From positions 93,062,001 through 93,126,000 of the forward strand of contig CM097886.1 of NCBI GenBank assembly GCA_044892525.1: 64,000 nt of DNA, read 5' to 3'. This stretch comes from Schmidtea polychroa (lineage: Eukaryota). Position 1 is the first letter of the stretch, and each line of letters starts with the position of its first letter. Shown here in pieces: positions 22,147 to 37,940 of this stretch. The position numbers were made by a program, and so were the translations under genes. The notes beneath the pieces are model-generated. The model saw only the letters and a list, made by a program, of their open reading frames with translations. It did no database searches and had not been told where the DNA came from.

Positions 22147-25100
22147 TTAGTCTGGTTTTCTCTTTACCTTGGCATTCAATGTTAACGACTCAGATCTTTT
22201 CATTACTACCCGGATGAAAAGACCCACATTTTCGCCTACTTCTCAGTTTTCTTTTCACCATTTTTGTCTGGAACGTCGGTACGAGTTCTTTCTTCCATCT
22301 TTCTCAAATACGGTTCACAATTTCTAAAATTATTTTCCATCTTCGGTCATCTATACCTTCATTAGGTGTGATATCTTCTGTTCGCTCTAGTCCAGGCCAA
22401 TTTTATAGAATAAAGTCATTTGGAGTTCGTCCAGTGTCATTTCAAAGTCGCTGCACTGGCAAAGGACGAGAATTCACCCTTCAACTTTTAATAACACCGT
22501 ATTCAGGTACTCATCCGTAATATCAGCCCCTCCAATATTTATTTTCATAGACGAGCTCTGACTATAAACTCTAAATCAACTTAGCGTTCAAGAAAGGGCG
22601 ATTACATATTAGGCCTTTAAGTTAATTAAATAGATTTCTGAAATAAAAGTGCAAATATTGTGATGATTTGTCAATTAAATTGAGCATCTGGATTGATGAT
22701 GAAATGTGCATAGATGAATAGAAAATACCTCGATTGAGTTATAACAGAAAGCAAGATAGACCTAGTACAGCTTTTGAGATTCAGGAGTTAATGTAATGGC
22801 AGCAATAGTAGATAACTTAGTAAATATGAAAATTATTAAAATGTTAAGATAGGAAATTGGAGACAATTGTCTACTACTAACACTACATTATAACCCACCC
22901 AATGTGCGAATCCACTACAACCAATACTGAAATATAATACTAGGACTAACGACACCTTCTACTATTACTTAAAAAATTATTATAACTAGTTTTCGTATGT
23001 TTTTAGAATAAACGGTTTAACTTGTAACGCGCTATTCAAATAGATAATTTTCTTTAGACACCTTTTTTGTTATAAATATCAGTTTGTTCGAAATGTTTTT
23101 GTGTTTTCCTTATGTACTTTGCGTCGCATGTTGCGCACATGATTCGATATACAATTTTTTGAGAAGGAAAAACATTTGGTAGATTAGTAGCATTGACAAT
23201 CTCGATGAAATAGATCTGATGTTAGAGATTTCCGAAGTTGTGATTTCAAAGGTGAATTTTCTGGATCACAGACAAATACATACAATTGACAAAACTCAAT
23301 TATATAATGGTAAATTAATTAAAAATATTATTGAAATGTTGTTGGATTTTAAAAATTTGAATTGACAAAACAGATTTTTATGATTTTTAGCAAAATTATA
23401 TTTTAAAAAGTAAATGAATTAGTTTGTTTAAAATAGAGCAATTTAGATTGATTTAGCTTGAATTTCAATCCTACCTAACGGTGACAGTGAACCTGTCGAA
23501 AAATTCGACTATCAATAACAATTTGTAACTCCAAAGTTTACTATAATTTTTATTTGTTTCTTTAAAAAATATTTATTTAATATTTCGCCTAAATTTAAAA
23601 TACTTTCAATAATTGGTTTTTTAATTAATTAACGCCTCTTGGAGAAAATTTTTAAGTTTTCGTTTTAATAATTTTATTGGAATGCGTAGGAAATAAGTTA
23701 AATAGTTATTATTCCAGTATCTTTAACATTTTTCGTTATATTTTTGTAATCTTTATTAATTTTTAAAAATATTTATTTTTTGATTTGCACTTTATCAATT
23801 TAAAAAAAATTAATTAACATAATTTTTACTGAATTCTTTAACATTGAATATTTTCATAATTATTGGGTTTTACCTAAACACTTTTGCTTTATATTGTTAG
23901 ATGACAGGGGTCAATAAATCAACGAGTTCGAGTTAACCAAATATTACAGGAACTTCCCGAACAAAAATTAGAGGAACATCTACACGGAGGTCACACAACT
24001 TCTATAATTAGTAATTCGCATTCTCAGAAGTCTTCACTTCGTTGCAGTGCGAAATCAATGGACAATTTATTTTGATATACTCTGATATTGAAAATCTATC
24101 CATAATTGATTTTACATTGATATTAAATGTGTAATGGACAATTCATTTATTTGTAAATATTTCCTGAACGATTTATTGAGTGACATTGATTGGGGTGTAA
24201 TTTATTTATTATTTAGTGTTGTAGAATTTTATTCATTGGTGTCTATTATGTTGTTATTTTAATTTCGTGCTACGTAAAATATTAATTACACAAACTTGGG
24301 AAAAATGATAAAAACTAATTAAAATATTTGGAAATAAATTAAATTAAAATTTGAAATATTGAGAATCTAAAAAGATCAATTATGCAATCAAATTTGAAAC
24401 ACTTAAAAATTAATAAGAAATATCTGTATAATTAAATATCACATTTGAATAGGAAAAACGCCTTATAAAGCAATCATGAAAAATAATAGAATTATTATAA
24501 TTAGAAAGCAGCTGTACAATATAAATTGTGATAGCACTAGAAATATAATAAAGTAATCAGGAACAATATAAAAATTATTTTATAAAAAAACAGCTGTCCT
24601 AATTTTTAGATAAATAGCAGCGCAAAATCAGAATTTTTCGCCCAAAAAGCTAACAACTCTTTTAATATCTAAGAAGGTGAATCCTCGTTAGATTAAAAAA
24701 TAAGAAGGATACAACAAAAAAGTCTAACTACTGCACGCAACACAGCAAGGATAATATAACATTCACACATACATAATTTGCCTACACAATTCTATTGCAG
24801 TTACTGGAAATTTTGAATCGAATAGCAAGAAATTGATTTAAGTTTTTGGCAAATCTTTTATTGTAAATATATATTTGAAAACAACCGTCTTTTGCTTATT
24901 TCATACTCAGTAGATATATAGGAACCAGTAAAGTTGAGAAAGCAGATAACGAGTTCTCTACAATACCATTTAAATTTACTTACACTCAATTTGTGATGCG
25001 GCGTACATTGTTTTACTCAATATGTTATTGTTGTGTTGGATGATGAGGGTCTACCTATCACCATATTCATATTAAATAAATATTACAGAATAGGGCTTAG

Positions 25101-27033
25101 AAGTTATAGAATTAACGTGTTTTCCAAAGAAAGACAATAAACTATAGTCCAAATATATATCCAAATCAAACACAATCAAACAATATATTCAATTCAAATG
25201 CAATCCATTTTATCCTGTATATAATTGATAAAAATTACTTTAACATTCGGTGATTTGGTTATTTTATGTGACTATATTGAATTTAAACTGTTTCATCCAA
25301 GGTGACTATTAATTATTTATCAAAATTGATTCATCCTGTGTATATATTTATTTGACTCTATATTATTTCATTAATTGCGTATTTAAACTAAATGTCTTGG
25401 GTATTTTATTTGTTGTATAATTGTTCTGGTATGTTAATAACAATAACATTTAACACAAAGGAAAATTATAAAAATTACTATGAAACTTATTATATTAATT
25501 AAAAATAATATTAATCTATATTAGAAATTTCTTGAAATAAATATCAAGAAATATTATACTACAAAAAATATAATAATAATATTTAATGTAAATGAAAGAT
25601 AATGAGAAAATTGTAATTATTCGACGGGAAATTATATTTGAGTAGGTTGTCAAAATAAATAAATTGCCCAAGCCAATTAAGTCGACAAGGGGAAGCCCTG
25701 AGTGAGAATATCAAAATTAATTTAATGACGAAAGGATGATTATGAGATGGGTATAAAAGGTGCTATTTCGGCCTGTTTTGGGCTTGCGCCTATGTGTGCG
25801 TTTATTGTTAAAAGTTCTTTTTCTTGTATGTGTGCGCACACAGGCGCGAACAGGAGTTTTATTATTTTGGAATTCGAATTTTAGGAATTGTTATATAATT
25901 GTTTTTGTGGTTTGAATTTTTGAATCAAAAATGTCAATTGATGTTTATTTAAAACTTAATATTGAAGATGAAAAAGATCGAATGCTGAAAAGAAAGTACA
26001 TCACTGAGTTAATGGAACAAGATGAGAGCAAGTTGTATAATTCTAATGGTTCTGAAGAAACAGATAATGTTTTTAGTGGATAAGAATATCAATCACTACT
26101 TAAAGAATGTGGTTTGTCACTAGCTCTTGATAATGACATCGGTGATGTTGAGGAATTTGATTCTACTCCATTTGTCAAGTACAAAGCTTTGACTAGTAAA
26201 TCGACAGACATTATTGATGAGTTCTTTGAAAAATCTATTGATGAAAGATTCGAATAATCATTCTTTTAATTAGTAGTTCAATGTTTCTGATTTTAAAGTT
26301 GTAGCTGAATCAAATCTTTTCATTTATCAAATCATTGCAAATATCGAAGAGATTTTATTCACTCTTCAAGCAAACAACACGGAAAACAAAACGTTATCAT
26401 CTGATGATAAAATGACATCATTTTACAACTCAAACATCCAGTATTATAATTGAACCGGGGACCATCTGCAATGATATGTTGCAATTTTATCAAAAAGAAA
26501 AGGGTCTAATGAATATTTAAGTATTTGACGCTGGTATTTAAAAAAATAGTCAAACTCGAGAGCGTATTTTGTTGGCTTATTCCGTTGGAGTCTTACAAGT
26601 GATAGTTGATGTAAGGAAAACTATAATTTATTTTAAAAGAACTAGAAAACAATTCTAAATTAATTACCACAAAACATCTGTATCAACCAGTCAGATGGAA
26701 GAATAATTTATCCACCTGTCTGGCTGTCTAATTTATGTCTTTGTGCCTGTGTGCACGTTTATTGTTAAGATATTTTATTCTTGTATGTGTGCGCACATAG
26801 GTGCGGAGAGGGTTATTTTTATTCTTTTGGAATTAAAATCTCGGAATTAGTTATTCCTAAGCATCGGTGTGCGCGTGATTGTGGAGTTTTTATGAAGGCT
26901 CACCTAATAATTCAGCTCCACATAATAAAGATAATGTGATTGGTATCAAAACTACTATAAATTCCTCTCGCGTTTGTATATAATTTAGTTAGTTTTAAAT
27001 TGCAATTAATATTTCTTACAGTCGAATTCATTA

Positions 27034-27507
27034 ATGTCAGGTGAAAAGAATTTTTAATATGTTTCTGATTTTAAAGTTGTAGCCGAATCAGATTTTTTCA
27101 GTTATAAAATTATTCCAAATATTGAAGAGATTTTATTCACCCTTCAAATAAACAACACGGAAAACAAAATGTTATCATCTGATGATAACATGACATCATT
27201 TTACAACTCAAACATCCAGTTTTATAATTGTATAAAAGAAAAGAGAATCATCACCACAGATATATTATGTGCTATGCAGTTAGAGACTGGTGACGAGGAG
27301 AAAATTCGATTGGGTCATGTTGTGAAATTATATTTGAATATGGCTCGATGTAATTTGAAATTAAACCGGGGACCATCTGCATTCAAATGTTGCAATACGA
27401 TGCTTGATAAGCAGCCAGTGAATGCAAAATCTATTTATCGAAAATCAAATGGTCTGATGATTATTGGAGAATTTGAAGCTGGTATTAAAAAATTGTCAAA
27501 CTCGTGA
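27034..27507 (+). CDS. TPR-domain FKBP-like protein, unit 4
   Basis: Same translation as unit 1 (ORF 27169-27507). Confidence 0.55.
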
Positions 27508-28490
27508 ACATGCTTAGTTGGCTAATACAGTTGGAGTCAAGCATATGATAGTTGACATAAATAAATCCATGATTCTTACTTTAATTAGATTTGATTTGTT
27601 CAACATCGATAAAATGTATTCCAACTTTATTGAAGCCAGTCGTTAAAAATTTAGAATTAATAAAAAATTATTGTAGTTTTTTATAATAAATTTAAAAAAT
27701 CTATCAATTGACATGATTTAGCACAAAATTCATCATCATTATTTAAAAGTAGAAACACATAATATATTTAAATTTATTTATCAACTTATTGTTTTTTTTA
27801 AAATGAAGTTTGTTTAAATATTCAATTCTCTGTCGATGTTGAACTTAAATTTGTTGTCAGATCCTTTGAATTAAAAAATTCTAATCCTGTAAAAAATGAG
27901 CGAAATTTAGAGTTAGAATTTAAATTTAGATGGTCTCAATGAAAGATTAGATGAATCATCTGAAGATTAACCAGCCGTACAAGACTCAGAAAATTTTTTT
28001 TCCAACACCTAAAAAATTTAGCCTTCAAAATTCGAGAATCAAAAATCGAAATAAACGAAATGTAAATTTACAATTAAGGATAATAACGAAATCAAACTGG
28101 AGGATGCATATGAAGATAAAGGTGCGAAACTAGTGCGACCTGATAAATAGAAAACCGAATACGACTGTTTTAGAGTCATTATAGAAATGCCAGATGAGTA
28201 AAAAAGACGTATTAAACGTTTTATCGAATAAGAGATATCCATTTGGCGTGAAGGAAGATGATTGTTATTGTTATTCACCGGAATTAATTGTAATGAACAT
28301 ATTGCTATGTGAATGTTCAATGGCAGAATCAACAGCTTGGCTATCGCTTAAATCAGAACTTACGTATATAACCATGTAATTAATTAGTTCATTATAATTT
28401 ATTATATAATTAATCAAATAAATTGGATTATTTTTTAATCATTTATAATTAAATTAATTAGTCAATAAAAATAATTCCAGTGATAAAATA

Positions 28491-28817
28491 ATGAGAATTT
28501 CTGACAGTCAAAATAGCGAGAAATCCATTGATGCTATTTCTATGCTGTATCACATTTTATATCCGATTTTGAGAATGAGGAAAAATATGAAAATAGTGGA
28601 ACTACTGGAACCGGATATCAAGGACGATTTTGATCGATCTAAGAATATTACAAAATCTTTGAAAAACAATATCAAAAAGGAAAGGAAATCGAATCAAAGG
28701 ATAATGAAGTTGAATGTCAAGGAGGCATTTGTGATAGAAGTGGAAGAAGATAGGAAATTTTCGAAATTCAGAAATGAGAAAACAAAGGAAATATTGAATT
28801 CTTTCAGGCAGAAATAA
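28491..28817 (+). pseudogene. NOP14: NOP14-like C-terminal fragment, unit 4 (I>F variant)
   Basis: Copy of 4800-5126, ending NSFRQK. Confidence 0.55.
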
Positions 28818-29513
28818 ATATTTGTTTTTTCCTTCTTGGCAATTTATTATTTGTGTTGAGAATTTTTATTTAAACATATAAACTACTAATATTTTAATAA
28901 GTAGCCAAGTCAGGTGTTTTTTATTTGGCTTTTATTTTGGGGGCAGCAAGTGTATTTTGTGTTTCAATAAATTGCTAACGTAGAATTATATTATCCTGCC
29001 ACTTCCAGAATGCATGGATAACGCGAGCTTGGTAAATTGTTTTGTTGTTTTAATATTTAGGATCGAAAATGGGATGTAATTGCCCGATTTAGATCAAATT
29101 CCCAGTTAGCCGATGGGAATTAGAAACGGATCAAGTAGAGGTTAGCAAAATGAAATAAACGAGCTTTGAGAATAACTTCTAAATCAACTTAGGGTTCCAG
29201 ACGTGGAGGTTTCATATTAGGCCTTAATGTTAATTAAATGGATTTCGGAAATAAAAGTGCAAATATTGTGATGATTTGTAAATTGAATTGAGTATCAGGA
29301 TTGATGATGAAATGTGCATGAACGGGGAGGTGCTTTGTTTGTGATGAGCTGCAGATTTGTGATTTGGACGCCTTATATTCGATAAGCATCAATAGTGGTG
29401 CTTGTTTATATGCCGTTGGACTAAGATTTTCTAAGAACTAAAAGATTACATATTAAGCCTTTATGTTAATTAAATGGATTTCTGAAATAAATAAAGCTAA
29501 ACTATTTTGAAAA

Positions 29514-30043
29514 ATGTCCGGTGATGTCGTAGCTCAGTTCAAACTGGTATTAATTGGTGAGGGGAAACAGGCAAAACTGCTTTTTTAAAAAATACGTTAC
29601 AGGAGAGTTTGGTAAGAAATATGGCGCAACATTGGGAGTGGAATTTCATTCTTTGGAGTTCAATAGAACTCGTGGTAAAATTCGTTTCAATGCCTGGGAT
29701 ACGGCCGGCTAAGAAAAGTTCTTAGAGATTTCTACTATATTCAATGTTAATGTGCTATAATAATGTTTGATGTAACTAGTCGTATTACATATAAAAATGA
29801 TCAAACTGGCACCGAGATTTAGTTAGGGTATGTGAAAACATCCCTATTATCTTTGTAGGGAATAAGGTGGATATTAAAGATAGACTAAAACAATTACCTT
29901 TCTGAGTAATAAGAATTTACAATATTAAGAATCACATGCTAAGTCTAATTATAAATTGGAAAAACAATTTTTGTGGATTGGTTGGGGATTCAAATCTCGA
30001 ATTTTCTGAAATGCTTACAATAGCTCCTCTTCATAATTCATAA
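29514..30043 (+). pseudogene. RAN: Ran pseudogene, unit 4
   Basis: Copy of 5823-6352. Confidence 0.95.
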
Positions 30044-33000
30044 TTAGTCTGGTTTTCTCTTTACCTTGGCATTCAATGTTAACGACTCAGATCTTTTCAT
30101 TACTACCCGGATGAAAAGACCCACATTTTCGCCTACTTCTCAGTTTTCTTTTCACCATTTTTGTCTGGAACGTCGGTACGAGTTCTTTCTTCCATCTTTC
30201 TCAAATACGGTTCACAATTTCTAAAATTATTTTCCATCTTCGGTCATCTATACCTTCATTAGGTGTGATATCTTCTGTTCGCTCTAGTCCAGGCCAATTT
30301 TATAGAATAAAGTCATTTGGAGTTCGTCCAGTGTCATTTCAAAGTCGCTGCACTGGCAAAGGACGAGAATTCACCCTTCAACTTTTAATAACACCGTATT
30401 CAGGTACTCATCCGTAATATCAGCCCCTCCAATATTTATTTTCATAGACGAGCTCTGACTATAAACTCTAAATCAACTTAGCGTTCAAGAAAGGGCGATT
30501 ACATATTAGGCCTTTAAGTTAATTAAATAGATTTCTGAAATAAAAGTGCAAATATTGTGATGATTTGTCAATTAAATTGAGCATCTGGATTGATGATGAA
30601 ATGTGCATAGATGAATAGAAAATACCTCGATTGAGTTATAACAGAAAGCAAGATAGACCTAGTACAGCTTTTGAGATTCAGGAGTTAATGTAATGGCAGC
30701 AATAGTAGATAACTTAGTAAATATGAAAATTATTAAAATGTTAAGATAGGAAATTGGAGACAATTGTCTACTACTAACACTACATTATAACCCACCCAAT
30801 GTGCGAATCCACTACAACCAATACTGAAATATAATACTAGGACTAACGACACCTTCTACTATTACTTAAAAAATTATTATAACTAGTTTTCGTATGTTTT
30901 TAGAATAAACGGTTTAACTTGTAACGCGCTATTCAAATAGATAATTTTCTTTAGACACCTTTTTTGTTATAAATATCAGTTTGTTCGAAATGTTTTTGTG
31001 TTTTCCTTATGTACTTTGCGTCGCATGTTGCGCACATGATTCGATATACAATTTTTTGAGAAGGAAAAACATTTGGTAGATTAGTAGCATTGACAATCTC
31101 GATGAAATAGATCTGATGTTAGAGATTTCCGAAGTTGTGATTTCAAAGGTGAATTTTCTGGATCACAGACAAATACATACAATTGACAAAACTCAATTAT
31201 ATAATGGTAAATTAATTAAAAATATTATTGAAATGTTGTTGGATTTTAAAAATTTGAATTGACAAAACAGATTTTTATGATTTTTAGCAAAATTATATTT
31301 TAAAAAGTAAATGAATTAGTTTGTTTAAAAAAGAGCAATTTAGATTGATTTAGCTTGAATTTCAATCCTACCTAACGGTGACAGTGAACCTGTCGAAAAA
31401 TTCGACTATCAATAACAATTTGTAACTCCAAAGTTTACTATAATTTTTATTTGTTTCTTTAAAAAATATTTATTTAATATTTCGCCTAAATTTAAAATAC
31501 TTTCAATAATTGGTTTTTTAATTAATTAACGCCTCTTGGAGAAAATTTTTAAGTTTTCGTTTTAATAATTTTATTGGAATGCGTAGGAAATAAGTTAAAT
31601 AGTTATTATTCCAGTATCTTTAACATTTTTCGTTATATTTTTGTAATCTTTATTAATTTTTAAAAATATTTATTTTTTGATTTGCACTTTATCAATTTAA
31701 AAAAAATTAATTAACATAATTTTTACTGAATTCTTTAACATTGAATATTTTCATAATTATTGGGTTTTACCTAAACACTTTTGCTTTATATTGTTAGATG
31801 ACAGGGGTCAATAAATCAACGAGTTCGAGTTAACCAAATATTACAGGAACTTCCCGAACAAAAATTAGAGGAACATCTACACGGAGGTCACACAACTTCT
31901 ATAATTAGTAATTCGCATTCTCAGAAGTCTTCACTTCGTTGCAGTGCGAAATCAATGGACAATTTATTTTGATATACTCTGATATTGAAAATCTATCCAT
32001 AATTGATTTTACATTGATATTAAATGTGTAATGGACAATTCATTTATTTGTAAATATTTCCTGAACGATTTATTGAGTGACATTGATTGGGGTGTAATTT
32101 ATTTATTATTTAGTGTTGTAGAATTTTATTCATTGGTGTCTATTATGTTGTTATTTTAATTTCGTGCTACGTAAAATATTAATTACACAAACTTGGGAAA
32201 AATGATAAAAACTAATTAAAATATTTGGAAATAAATTAAATTAAAATTTGAAATATTGAGAATCTAAAAAGATCAATTATGCAATCAAATTTGAAACACT
32301 TAAAAATTAATAAGAAATATCTGTATAATTAAATATCACATTTGAATAGGAAAAACGCCTTATAAAGCAATCATGAAAAATAATAGAATTATTATAATTA
32401 GAAAGCAGCTGTACAATATAAATTGTGATAGCACTAGAAATATAATAAAGTAATCAGGAACAATATAAAAATTATTTTATAAAAAAACAGCTGTCCTAAT
32501 TTTTAGATAAATAGCAGCGCAAAATCAGAATTTTTCGCCCAAAAAGCTAACAACTCTTTTAATATCTAAGAAGGTGAATCCTCGTTAGATTAAAAAATAA
32601 GAAGGATACAACAAAAAAGTCTAACTACTGCACGCAACACAGCAAGGATAATATAACATTCACACATACATAATTTGCCTACACAATTCTATTGCAGTTA
32701 CTGGAAATTTTGAATCGAATAGCAAGAAATTGATTTAAGTTTTTGGCAAATCTTTTATTGTAAATATATATTTGAAAACAACCGTCTTTTGCTTATTTCA
32801 TACTCAGTAGATATATAGGAACCAGTAAAGTTGAGAAAGCAGATAACGAGTTCTCTACAATACCATTTAAATTTACTTACACTCAATTTGTGATGCGGCG
32901 TACATTGTTTTACTCAATATGTTATTGTTGTGTTGGATGATGAGGGTCTACCTATCACCATATTCATATTAAATAAATATTACAGAATAGGGCTTAGAAG

Positions 33001-34930
33001 TTATAGAATTAACGTGTTTTCCAAAGAAAGACAATAAACTATAGTCCAAATATATATCCAAATCAAACACAATCAAACAATATATTCAATTCAAATGCAA
33101 TCCATTTTATCCTGTATATAATTGATAAAAATTACTTTAACATTCGGTGATTTGGTTATTTTATGTGACTATATTGAATTTAAACTGTTTCATCCAAGGT
33201 GACTATTAATTATTTATCAAAATTGATTCATCCTGTGTATATATTTATTTGACTCTATATTATTTCATTAATTGCGTATTTAAACTAAATGTCTTGGGTA
33301 TTTTATTTGTTGTATAATTGTTCTGGTATGTTAATAACAATAACATTTAACACAAAGGAAAATTATAAAAATTACTATGAAACTTATTATATTAATTAAA
33401 AATAATATTAATCTATATTAGAAATTTCTTGAAATAAATATCAAGAAATATTATACTACAAAAAATATAATAATAATATTTAATGTAAATGAAAGATAAT
33501 GAGAAAATTGTAATTATTCGACGGGAAATTATATTTGAGTAGGTTGTCAAAATAAATAAATTGCCCAAGCCAATTAAGTCGACAAGGGGAAGCCCTGAGT
33601 GAGAATATCAAAATTAATTTAATGACGAAAGGATGATTATGAGATGGGTATAAAAGGTGCTATTTCGGCCTGTTTTGGGCTTGCGCCTATGTGTGCGTTT
33701 ATTGTTAAAAGTTCTTTTTCTTGTATGTGTGCGCACACAGGCGCGAACAGGAGTTTTATTATTTTGGAATTCGAATTTTAGGAATTGTTATATAATTGTT
33801 TTTGTGGTTTGAATTTTTGAATCAAAAATGTCAATTGATGTTTATTTAAAACTTAATATTGAAGATGAAAAAGATCGAATGCTGAAAAGAAAGTACATCA
33901 CTGAGTTAATGGAACAAGATGAGAGCAAGTTGTATAATTCTAATGGTTCTGAAGAAACAGATAATGTTTTTAGTGGATAAGAATATCAATCACTACTTAA
34001 AGAATGTGGTTTGTCACTAGCTCTTGATAATGACATCGGTGATGTTGAGGAATTTGATTCTACTCCATTTGTCAAGTACAAAGCTTTGACTAGTAAATCG
34101 ACAGACATTATTGATGAGTTCTTTGAAAAATCTATTGATGAAAGATTCGAATAATCATTCTTTTAATTAGTAGTTCAATGTTTCTGATTTTAAAGTTGTA
34201 GCTGAATCAAATCTTTTCATTTATCAAATCATTGCAAATATCGAAGAGATTTTATTCACTCTTCAAGCAAACAACACGGAAAACAAAACGTTATCATCTG
34301 ATGATAAAATGACATCATTTTACAACTCAAACATCCAGTATTATAATTGAACCGGGGACCATCTGCAATGATATGTTGCAATTTTATCAAAAAGAAAAGG
34401 GTCTAATGAATATTTAAGTATTTGACGCTGGTATTTAAAAAAATAGTCAAACTCGAGAGCGTATTTTGTTGGCTTATTCCGTTGGAGTCTTACAAGTGAT
34501 AGTTGATGTAAGGAAAACTATAATTTATTTTAAAAGAACTAGAAAACAATTCTAAATTAATTACCACAAAACATCTGTATCAACCAGTCAGATGGAAGAA
34601 TAATTTATCCACCTGTCTGGCTGTCTAATTTATGTCTTTGTGCCTGTGTGCACGTTTATTGTTAAGATATTTTATTCTTGTATGTGTGCGCACATAGGTG
34701 CGGAGAGGGTTATTTTTATTCTTTTGGAATTAAAATTTCGGAATTAGTTATGCCTAAGCATCGGTGTGCGCGTGATTGTGGAGTTTTTATGAAGGCTCAC
34801 CTAATAATTCAGCTCCACATAATAAAGATAATGTGATTGGTATCAAAACTACTATAAATTCCTCTCGCGTTTGTATATAATTTAGTTAGTTTTAAATTGC
34901 AATTAATATTTCTTACAGTCGAATTCATTA

Positions 34931-35404
34931 ATGTCAGGTGAAAAGAATTTTTAAGATGTTTCTGATTTTAAAGTTGTAGCCGAATCAGATTTTTTCAGTT
35001 ATAAAATTATTCCAAATATTGAAGAGATTTTATTCACCCTTCAAATAAACAACACGGAAAACAAAATGTTATCATCTGATGATAACATGACATCATTTTA
35101 CAACTCAAACATCCAGTTTTATAATTGTATAAAAGAAAAGAGAATCATCACCACAGATATATTATGTGCTATGCAGTTAGAGACTGGTGACGAGGAGAAA
35201 ATTCGATTGGGTCATGTTGTGAAATTATATTTGAATATGGCTCGATGTAATTTGAAATTAAACCGGGGACCATCTGCATTCAAATGTTGCAATACGATGC
35301 TTGATAAGCAGCCAGTGAATGCAAAATCTATTTATCGAAAATCAAATGGTCTGATGATTATTGGAGAATTTGAAGCTGGTATTAAAAAATTGTCAAACTC
35401 GTGA
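34931..35404 (+). CDS. TPR-domain FKBP-like protein, unit 5
   Basis: Same translation as unit 1 (ORF 35066-35404). Confidence 0.55.
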
Positions 35405-36387
35405 ACATGCTTAGTTGGCTAATACAGTTGGAGTCAAGCATATGATAGTTGACATAAATAAATCCATGATTCTTACTTTAATTAGATTTGATTTGTTCAA
35501 CATCGATAAAATGTATTCCAACTTTATTGAAGCCAGTCGTTAAAAATTTAGAATTAATAAAAAATTATTGTAGTTTTTTATAATAAATTTAAAAAATCTA
35601 TCAATTGACATGATTTAGCACAAAATTCATCATCATTATTTAAAAGTAGAAACACATAATATATTTAAATTTATTTATCAACTTATTGTTTTTTTTAAAA
35701 TGAAGTTTGTTTAAATATTCAATTCTCTGTCGATGTTGAACTTAAATTTGTTGTCAGATCCTTTGAATTAAAAAATTCTAATCCTGTAAAAAATGAGCGA
35801 AATTTAGAGTTAGAATTTAAATTTAGATGGTCTCAATGAAAGATTAGATGAATCATCTGAAGATTAACCAGCCGTACAAGACTCAGAAAATTTTTTTTCC
35901 AACACCTAAAAAATTTAGCCTTCAAAATTCGAGAATCAAAAATCGAAATAAACGAAATGTAAATTTACAATTAAGGATAATAACGAAATCAAACTGGAGG
36001 ATGCATATGAAGATAAAGGTGCGAAACTAGTGCGACCTGATAAATAGAAAACCGAATACGACTGTTTTAGAGTCATTATAGAAATGCCAGATGAGTAAAA
36101 AAGACGTATTAAACGTTTTATCGAATAAGAGATATCCATTTGGCGTGAAGGAAGATGATTGTTATTGTTATTCACCGGAATTAATTGTAATGAACATATT
36201 GCTATGTGAATGTTCAATGGCAGAATCAACAGCTTGGCTATCGCTTAAATCAGAACTTACGTATATAACCATGTAATTAATTAGTTCATTATAATTTATT
36301 ATATAATTAATCAAATAAATTGGATTATTTTTTAATCATTTATAATTAAATTAATTAGTCAATAAAAATAATTCCAGTGATAAAATA

Positions 36388-36714
36388 ATGAGAATTTCTG
36401 ACAGTCAAAATAGCGAGAAATCCATTGATGCTATTTCTATGCTGTATCACATTTTATATCCGATTTTGAGAATGAGGAAAAATATGAAAATAGTGGAACT
36501 ACTGGAACCGGATATCAAGGACGATTTTGATCGATCTAAGAATATTACAAAATCTTTGAAAAACAATATCAAAAAGGAAAGGAAATCGAATCAAAGGATA
36601 ATGAAGTTGAATGTCAAGGAGGCATTTGTGATAGAAGTGGAAGAAGATAGGAAATTTTCGAAATTCAGAAATGAGAAAACAAAGGAAATATTGAATTCTA
36701 TCAGGCAGAAATAA
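36388..36714 (+). pseudogene. NOP14: NOP14-like C-terminal fragment, unit 5
   Basis: Copy of 4800-5126. Confidence 0.55.
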
Positions 36715-37410
36715 ATATTTGTTTTTTCCTTCTTGGCAATTTATTATTTGTGTTGAGAATTTTTATTTAAACATATAAACTACTAATATTTTAATAAGTA
36801 GCCAAGTCAGGTGTTTTTTATTTGGCTTTTATTTTGGGGGCAGCAAGTGTATTTTGTGTTTCAATAAATTGCTAACGTAGAATTATATTATCCTGCCACT
36901 TTCAGAATGCATGGATAACGCGAGCTTGGTAAATTGTTTTGTTGTTTTAATATTTAGGATCGAAAATGGGATGTAATTGCCCGATTTAGATCAAATTCCC
37001 AGTTAGCCGATGGGAATTAGAAACGGATCAAGTAGAGGTTAGCAAAATGAAATAAACGAGCTTTGAGAATAACTTCTAAATCAACTTAGGGTTCCAGACG
37101 TGGAGGTTTCATATTAGGCCTTAATGTTAATTAAATGGATTTCGGAAATAAAAGTGCAAATATTGTGATGATTTGTAAATTGAATTGAGTATCAGGATTG
37201 ATGATGAAATGTGCATGAACGGGGAGGTGCTTTGTTTGTGATGAGCTGCAGATTTGTGATTTGGACGCCTTATATTCGATAAGCATCAATAGTGGTGCTT
37301 GTTTATATGCCGTTAGACTAAGATTTTCTAAGAACTAAAAGATTACATATTAAGCCTTTATGTTAATTAAATGGATTTCTGAAATAAATAAAGCTAAACT
37401 ATTTTGAAAA

Positions 37411-37940
37411 ATGTCCGGTGATGTCGTAGCTCAGTTCAAACTGGTATTAATTGGTGAGGGGAAACAGGCAAAACTGCTTTTTTAAAAAATACGTTACAGG
37501 AGAGTTTGGTAAGAAATATGGCGCAACATTGGGAGTGGAATTTCATTCTTTGGAGTTCAATAGAACTCGTGGTAAAATTCGTTTCAATGCCTGGGATACG
37601 GCCGGCTAAGAAAAGTTCTTAGAGATTTCTACTATATTCAATGTTAATGTGCTATAATAATGTTTGATGTAACTAGTCGTATTACATATAAAAATGATCA
37701 AACTGGCACCGAGATTTAGTTAGGGTATGTGAAAACATCCCTATTATCTTTGTAGGGAATAAGGTGGATATTAAAGATAGACTAAAACAATTACCTTTCT
37801 GAGTAATAAGAATTTACAATATTAAGAATCACATGCTAAGTCTAATTATAAATTGGAAAAACAATTTTTGTGGATTGGTTGGGGATTCAAATCTCGAATT
37901 TTCTGAAATGCTTACAATAGCTCCTCTTCATAATTCATAA
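37411..37940 (+). pseudogene. RAN: Ran pseudogene, unit 5
   Basis: Copy of 5823-6352. Confidence 0.95.

Larger units (their letters stand above)
15795..23691 (+). repeat. Repeat unit 3
   Basis: Period 7,897; private variant T23434. Confidence 0.97.
23692..31588 (+). repeat. Repeat unit 4
   Basis: Period 7,897. Confidence 0.97.
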